Assembly (NCBI GenBank): GCA_000175855.1
Contig: ACYB01000020.1
Location: 95,753 to 127,752, forward strand
DNA from: Raphidiopsis brookii D9
Lineage (GTDB): Bacteria > Cyanobacteriota > Cyanobacteriia > Cyanobacteriales > Nostocaceae
Length of the DNA: 32,000 nt
Direction: 5' to 3'
A program made the translations under genes and the position numbers. Below are positions 28,226-32,000 of this stretch, piece by piece (within the stretch, counting starts at the first letter, position 1; each line of letters begins with the position of its first letter). Under the pieces are notes generated by a model. The model did not search any database. It had not been told where the DNA came from and was given only the letters and a program-made list of their open reading frames with translations.

Positions 28226-28993
28226 TTAATTTTCTGACTCCTTGATTTGCCAGTTTTGGGGTGAAACTTGTGCTTTTAACCAGGACTGAAACCGCTCATT
28301 GATTAATCTTTGACGCATCCCAGAGTCTAATTGAGCAGGTAGCATTTTTTCTAACCGCACAATTACTATCCAATCTTCTATAGCAGTTGGTAGTGACAGT
28401 TGCTGCGGTTGACTTGTTGATAGGATTCTCACTAATAGAGGATGGAGGGACTGTAATTCCACCGGACCAACCAATCCACTGGTTTTAGCTTCTGGTCCTT
28501 GAGAGTATTCCTGGGCAAGTTGGGCAAAGGACTGCTCCCCCTCTTGAACACGAAAATATATTTCTTGAGCAACACCCCTATCATTGGTGGTGATTAGGGA
28601 GTATATAACTCTGTCCAGTTGGGGTTTACGTTGGTAAAAGTAGGAGTCTATGTCTTTTGCCCAGGTTACTTCCTTAAACCTTTCCAGTTTTAGTTGACGA
28701 GTCGCCATATTTTGTAACTGTTCTTGACTTATTCCCTGTTCTTTTTGTCCCTGATATTCTTGGGTTAACTGTTCATAGGCCAATCGCTCCTCTTCTGGTG
28801 TACACGAAATCTGGGCGATCGCCTGTTCCATAATCACCTCTTGAAGAAACATTGGTATTAATTGGTACTTATTCAATAATTTTAGTACTTCCGGGGCGGT
28901 TAGTGTATGATAACTTTCCCGCCCAGAAAAATTCCTGAATTGCAGAACTGGATTCATATCATTAAGATCAGCAGATTTACTTATGGTTGCCAA
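28226..28993 (-). CDS. PpiC/parvulin-type peptidyl-prolyl isomerase domain protein
   Basis: SurA-like helical N-terminal part, then FAQLAQEYSQGPEAKTSGLVGPVELQSLHP, a parvulin-type rotamase block. It is the first gene of the PPIase-ABC-HlyD string. Confidence 0.7.
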   Translation of the reverse strand: MATISKSADLNDMNPVLQFRNFSGRESYHTLTAPEVLKLLNKYQLIPMFLQEVIMEQAIAQISCTPEEERLAYEQLTQEYQGQKEQGISQEQLQNMATRQLKLERFKEVTWAKDIDSYFYQRKPQLDRVIYSLITTNDRGVAQEIYFRVQEGEQSFAQLAQEYSQGPEAKTSGLVGPVELQSLHPLLVRILSTSQPQQLSLPTAIEDWIVIVRLEKMLPAQLDSGMRQRLINERFQSWLKAQVSPQNWQIKESEN

Positions 28994-29224
28994 AATAAGC
29001 TCAAACTTCTTGTCAGAAATTTATGTGTTAAGTTTATTGTCAGGTTATTGCATGATTTTATTTGATGTTTATTTGGTGTTTATTACTCAAGTTGTAGTTT
29101 TAGCCATAAGGCTGACTGTAGGCAGTTTGGCCCCTTACACGTGGCTAGGGCTATATATGCAGCTACTTAGGTTTAATAGGCACATATAGTCTGTTATTTT
29201 TAAGTAACAGATACACCAGTGTTA

Positions 29225-29238
29225 ATGAAGTACTTCAT
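29225..29238. promoter_or_regulatory. 14-bp perfect palindrome ATGAAGTACTTCAT in the spacer upstream of the exporter operon
   Basis: Perfect dyad located about 235 nt upstream of the PpiC start (28993) and about 100 nt downstream of the GGDEF-like stop (29334). It could be an operator or part of a terminator. Confidence 0.25.
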
Positions 29239-29333
29239 CAACTTATCACAACTTAGTGAAATTGTCAGCTAGATTTGGCATTTTGTCCCAAAATGCTGCT
29301 TAGCGGCTAGTCTTAAATAACTTCGTTGTTGGT

Positions 29334-29774
29334 TTAACCAGGATAAAGACAAAAGGTATTACCACCATGTCTTTGAGCTCCTGTCAGTGCCTGATTAGCA
29401 GTATTTAATAGTTTTTCAACCGTGGAGCTAGACCTGGGAAATGTACCAGTAATACCAAGGCTAAATGATATTTCTACCGTACTGACCACAGTTTCATGAA
29501 GATCATGGGCAAGACGCACCGCAGCATCCAAAGACATATTTGGCAATAGAACACCAAAATTACCCTGTTTATAGTAAGCAAAGCAACTAGGTGGGTAAAG
29601 GCACTTGCGTATAACTAGGGCAATTTGACGAAGGTTAGAAGTATTTTTTGTTGTCTCTTGATTTGGATCAAAGTTATCAATAGCACAAAAAATTAAACTT
29701 AATGGCAGACCGTCAGAACTTAGCATTTGCCATTCCCGATCAACAACAGCAAGGAAATCCTCAGGTTGAACCAT
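29334..29774 (-). CDS. stand-alone degenerate GGDEF-like domain protein
   Basis: GGDEF-fold blocks PLSLIFCAIDNFD, GVLLPNMSLDAAVRLAHDL, SFSLGIT and ANQALTGAQRHGGNTF. The signature reads YKQGNFGVLLP instead of GG(D/E)EF, and the N-terminal DxLTxLxNRR segment is absent. Confidence 0.7.
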   Translation of the reverse strand: MVQPEDFLAVVDREWQMLSSDGLPLSLIFCAIDNFDPNQETTKNTSNLRQIALVIRKCLYPPSCFAYYKQGNFGVLLPNMSLDAAVRLAHDLHETVVSTVEISFSLGITGTFPRSSSTVEKLLNTANQALTGAQRHGGNTFCLYPG

Positions 29775-29784
29775 ATAGGGAATA

Positions 29785-30882
29785 TCAGAAAAAATGCTGA
29801 AATTGTGATCTATTTTTTCTCTTTTTTGGGTTAACTTCCCACTCTAAAGCATGGATGAGGGAATCAATTGCCTGAATGTCTACATTAGTCAAAGATTCCT
29901 TCACCAAAATATTCTCCATTTTAGCTGCTACTTGGGAACACTGGGGATAGCCGAAAGTACCTAAGCTACCTAATAAACTGTGGGTCATTCTCATCAGATA
30001 TTGCTGTTGTTGACCATTAGTTATTTCTGTTTCCAATTTAACAAGTCCCGCTCTTATGTCCGCAATTTTCTTAGGTAGGGACATTTCAAATTCTAATTTG
30101 ATCTGCTCCATTAGGACCAGTCCTTCACTTACACTAGAGTCTGTTATTGGTGAACTTGCTTGAGTTGGTATAGTTTCTACTACTTCCCGTTCTAATTCCC
30201 TTTTGCTTGTAAGACGATAGCCCAGTCCGTGAACAGTTTCAATCAGTTCTTCTTGCATCCCGGCTTTTTTAAGTTTATGTCGCAAATCCTTAACCAAATT
30301 AGTCACTGCACCATCCGTAGGAGAATCATCTATTGACCATAATTTGTCTATGATCTGACCCCGGGTGAAGATTTTTTGTGGGTAGCGCAAAAATAATTCT
30401 AAAAGCTGAAATTCCCTACGACTAAGGTTAATACTTGCTTCATCATATTTTACTTCTATTAGTTCGGGATCAAGCGAAAGACTGTTATAAACTAGTGTAT
30501 TCAAAGTCAATTGACTACCTATTCTTCTAGAGCAAGCCCTAATCCGTGCTAGCAATTCATGAATATAGTAGGGTTTAATCAAATAGTCATCCGCCCCAGC
30601 ATCTAGTCCGATAATAATATCTTCCTGTGTAGTTTTTGCGGTTACCATAATAATTTGACCCTGATAACCCTTATTACGCAGTGTGTGACACAAACTTAGC
30701 CCATCTAATTTAGGCATGAGTATATCCAGTAGAATCAGGTCATAATTGAACTGATATCCCATTTCTAGACCCATTTCACCATCATTGGCTACATCCACCA
30801 CATAGCGATGGGCAACCAGTGAGGTTTTAACAAGTTGACATAGGGATGTATCATCATCTACAACCAGGATTTTCATAATCAA
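29785..30882 (-). CDS. OmpR-type response regulator with an additional C-terminal HPt-like domain (REC-wHTH-HPt)
   Basis: REC (KILVVDDD, LILLDILMP, MVTAK, LIKP), a winged helix (LSRREFQLLELFL...VHGLGYRL) and a C-terminal helical domain with MTHSLLGSLGTFGY, resembling the HPt HxLKGS motif. Confidence 0.8.
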   Translation of the reverse strand: MIMKILVVDDDTSLCQLVKTSLVAHRYVVDVANDGEMGLEMGYQFNYDLILLDILMPKLDGLSLCHTLRNKGYQGQIIMVTAKTTQEDIIIGLDAGADDYLIKPYYIHELLARIRACSRRIGSQLTLNTLVYNSLSLDPELIEVKYDEASINLSRREFQLLELFLRYPQKIFTRGQIIDKLWSIDDSPTDGAVTNLVKDLRHKLKKAGMQEELIETVHGLGYRLTSKRELEREVVETIPTQASSPITDSSVSEGLVLMEQIKLEFEMSLPKKIADIRAGLVKLETEITNGQQQQYLMRMTHSLLGSLGTFGYPQCSQVAAKMENILVKESLTNVDIQAIDSLIHALEWEVNPKKRKNRSQFQHFF

Positions 30883-31041
30883 GATTAAACTATTGAATTA
30901 AACGAGATTTAACAAGAATTTTTTAGTTCTGCTTTTGCAGTACGTTTTATTAAACACTACTACTCCAGTAGTTTATCAGGCTACCATAGAGGGGTGCAAG
31001 ATACACCTTTCATCCCGTGACCAATTTTTCGGATTATCTCT

Positions 31042-32000
31042 ATGAATGCAATATGCCAAGATAAAATGACAATAAACAAGATTTTTGGAAAAATTCCTCT
31101 AAAAATATTACTGAGTATATTTTACTTAATACCAATTATCACCAGTGTGGGAGTAGTCAGCTATGTATCCTATCGTGCTGGAGAAGAATCAGTAAATGAG
31201 TTGGGTAATAATTTGATGACATCGACAACAGAACGGGTTAAAGATCACCTCAATAAGTATTTACAAATACCACAAAGAATAGTAGCTATAAATCGCCAGG
31301 GAATAGAAAACTCCTATCTTGACCCGGAAAACTGGGAAGCATTGAGATTATACTTTTTCAGTCAACTTAAATTATACAAAACCCCAGCAGCGATTTATTT
31401 CGGTGGTATTAATGGTGTATATACAGTATCTGGTCAAGACCAAATGGGCATAATTTCACCCAAAAATTCCTACTTGGGCGGTGGTACACACCCATCCCAT
31501 CTTGGTCAACGACGGCTTTATATTGTGGATGAAAGGGGAAAATATGTCAGAATTATTCCTGAACAAAGTAAACCCTATACACCCATTAACCTCCCATGGT
31601 TTAAAACTGCTCAAAATCAAAATAAACAAACATGGACATCAGTATACCCCTATCTTTATATTCCCACAGCTGCCATTTCCGCTGTTAGTCCTGTTTATAG
31701 TAATAACAAATTTATTGGCGTTGTAGGTTGTGATTTGGCTCTCACTCACATTAATTTACACTTACAAAAATTGCAGTTTTCACCATCAGGAAAGTTATTC
31801 ATTATAGAGAGGTCAGGAAATATAGTCGCTACTTCTACCAATGAAAACTTTTTACAAGAATTATTAGTAATAAAAAACAGATAAAAATATAGAATTAACA
31901 CGGTTAGCTGCCACAAAAAGTAGTAACCCAATAGTCTCAAGAACAGCAAAAGTATTATTTGAGCGTTGGAGAGACTTGCATAAAAATTCGGCAAGCGACT
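31042..32000 (+). pseudogene. membrane sensor protein with periplasmic Cache-type domain (5' part; frameshifted; continues beyond the window)
   Basis: N-terminal TM (ILLSIFYLIPIITSVGVVSYV) plus Cache-like blocks (AISAVSPVYSNNKFIGVVGCDLAL, LFIIERSGNIVATS). The frame stops at 31882-31884. From 31874 the +1 frame is open to the window end (TDKNIELTRLAATKSSNPIVSRTAKVLFERWRDLHK...). The switch maps to the A6 run at 31872-31877. Confidence 0.75.

Noticed and set aside
28983-29333. Cargo or precursor peptide genes upstream of the exporter operon, including the 68-aa ORF 28983-29189.
   Set aside because: Minus-strand ORFs here are 16 codons or fewer. The 68-aa plus-strand ORF is a hydrophobic, low-complexity translation of AT-rich spacer that overlaps the PpiC start. 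No Gly-Gly leader-type sequence was found.
272-31994. Short ORFs in the track that overlap or lie antisense to longer genes: 272-478+, 668-1006-, 3869-4180-, 7227-7415-, 7757-7957-, 10533-10721+, 16342-16536-, 16714-16896-, 17037-17228-, 18353-18658-, 21377-21559+, 23794-24015+, 24019-24204+, 25742-25927+, 27367-27576+, 31481-31726+, 31746-31994-.
   Set aside because: Each lies within a longer ORF that has clear family motifs. Their translations are low-complexity or Cys/Ser/Leu-rich with no recognisable domains. Nothing supports them as independent genes.
1-32000. CRISPR arrays, rRNA genes, transposases or IS elements, integrases and phage genes.
   Set aside because: No spacer-repeat periodicity, rRNA-like sequence or transposase/integrase-like ORF appears in any frame. 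The only tandem repeat found is the 4 x 10-bp tract at 19361-19400.

Overview
This 32-kb chromosomal window comes from a filamentous, Nostocales-like cyanobacterium. That call rests on gene content and on 8 perfect copies of the cyanobacterial HIP1 palindrome GCGATCGC; the exact taxon cannot be fixed without a database search. From left to right the window holds: an aldo/keto reductase; a frameshifted, apparently 3'-truncated conserved hypothetical gene next to tRNA-His(GUG); cbiX-cobA and an RluD-type pseudouridine synthase; a complete phycocyanin rod operon cpcB-A-C-D-E-F followed by three tandem cpcG paralogues (5996-12396); and a convergent NitT/TauT-type ABC importer whose permease is frameshifted. 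An accessory-looking block follows at about 15.5-29 kb (more AT-rich by eye, not computed) and holds the most interesting content. It encodes two asparagine-synthetase-fold PP-loop enzymes that lack the N-terminal Cys nucleophile. Between them lie a diaminopimelate-decarboxylase homologue that appears to lack the PLP lysine and a Zn-ribbon polytopic membrane protein. Next come a PNP/MTAN-family nucleosidase and an exporter module: a PpiC-type PPIase, a cNMP-binding/C39-like ABC transporter split by a frameshift, a HlyD adaptor, and an untracked 43-codon ORF. The right end carries a REC-wHTH-HPt response regulator, a degenerate stand-alone GGDEF domain and a divergent, frameshifted Cache-type sensor. 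Four genes are interrupted by single-nucleotide indels at or near homopolymer runs, which could be sequencing artefact or real gene decay. I saw no CRISPR array, rRNA, transposase or phage genes. All family assignments come from motif recognition by eye; no searches were run.
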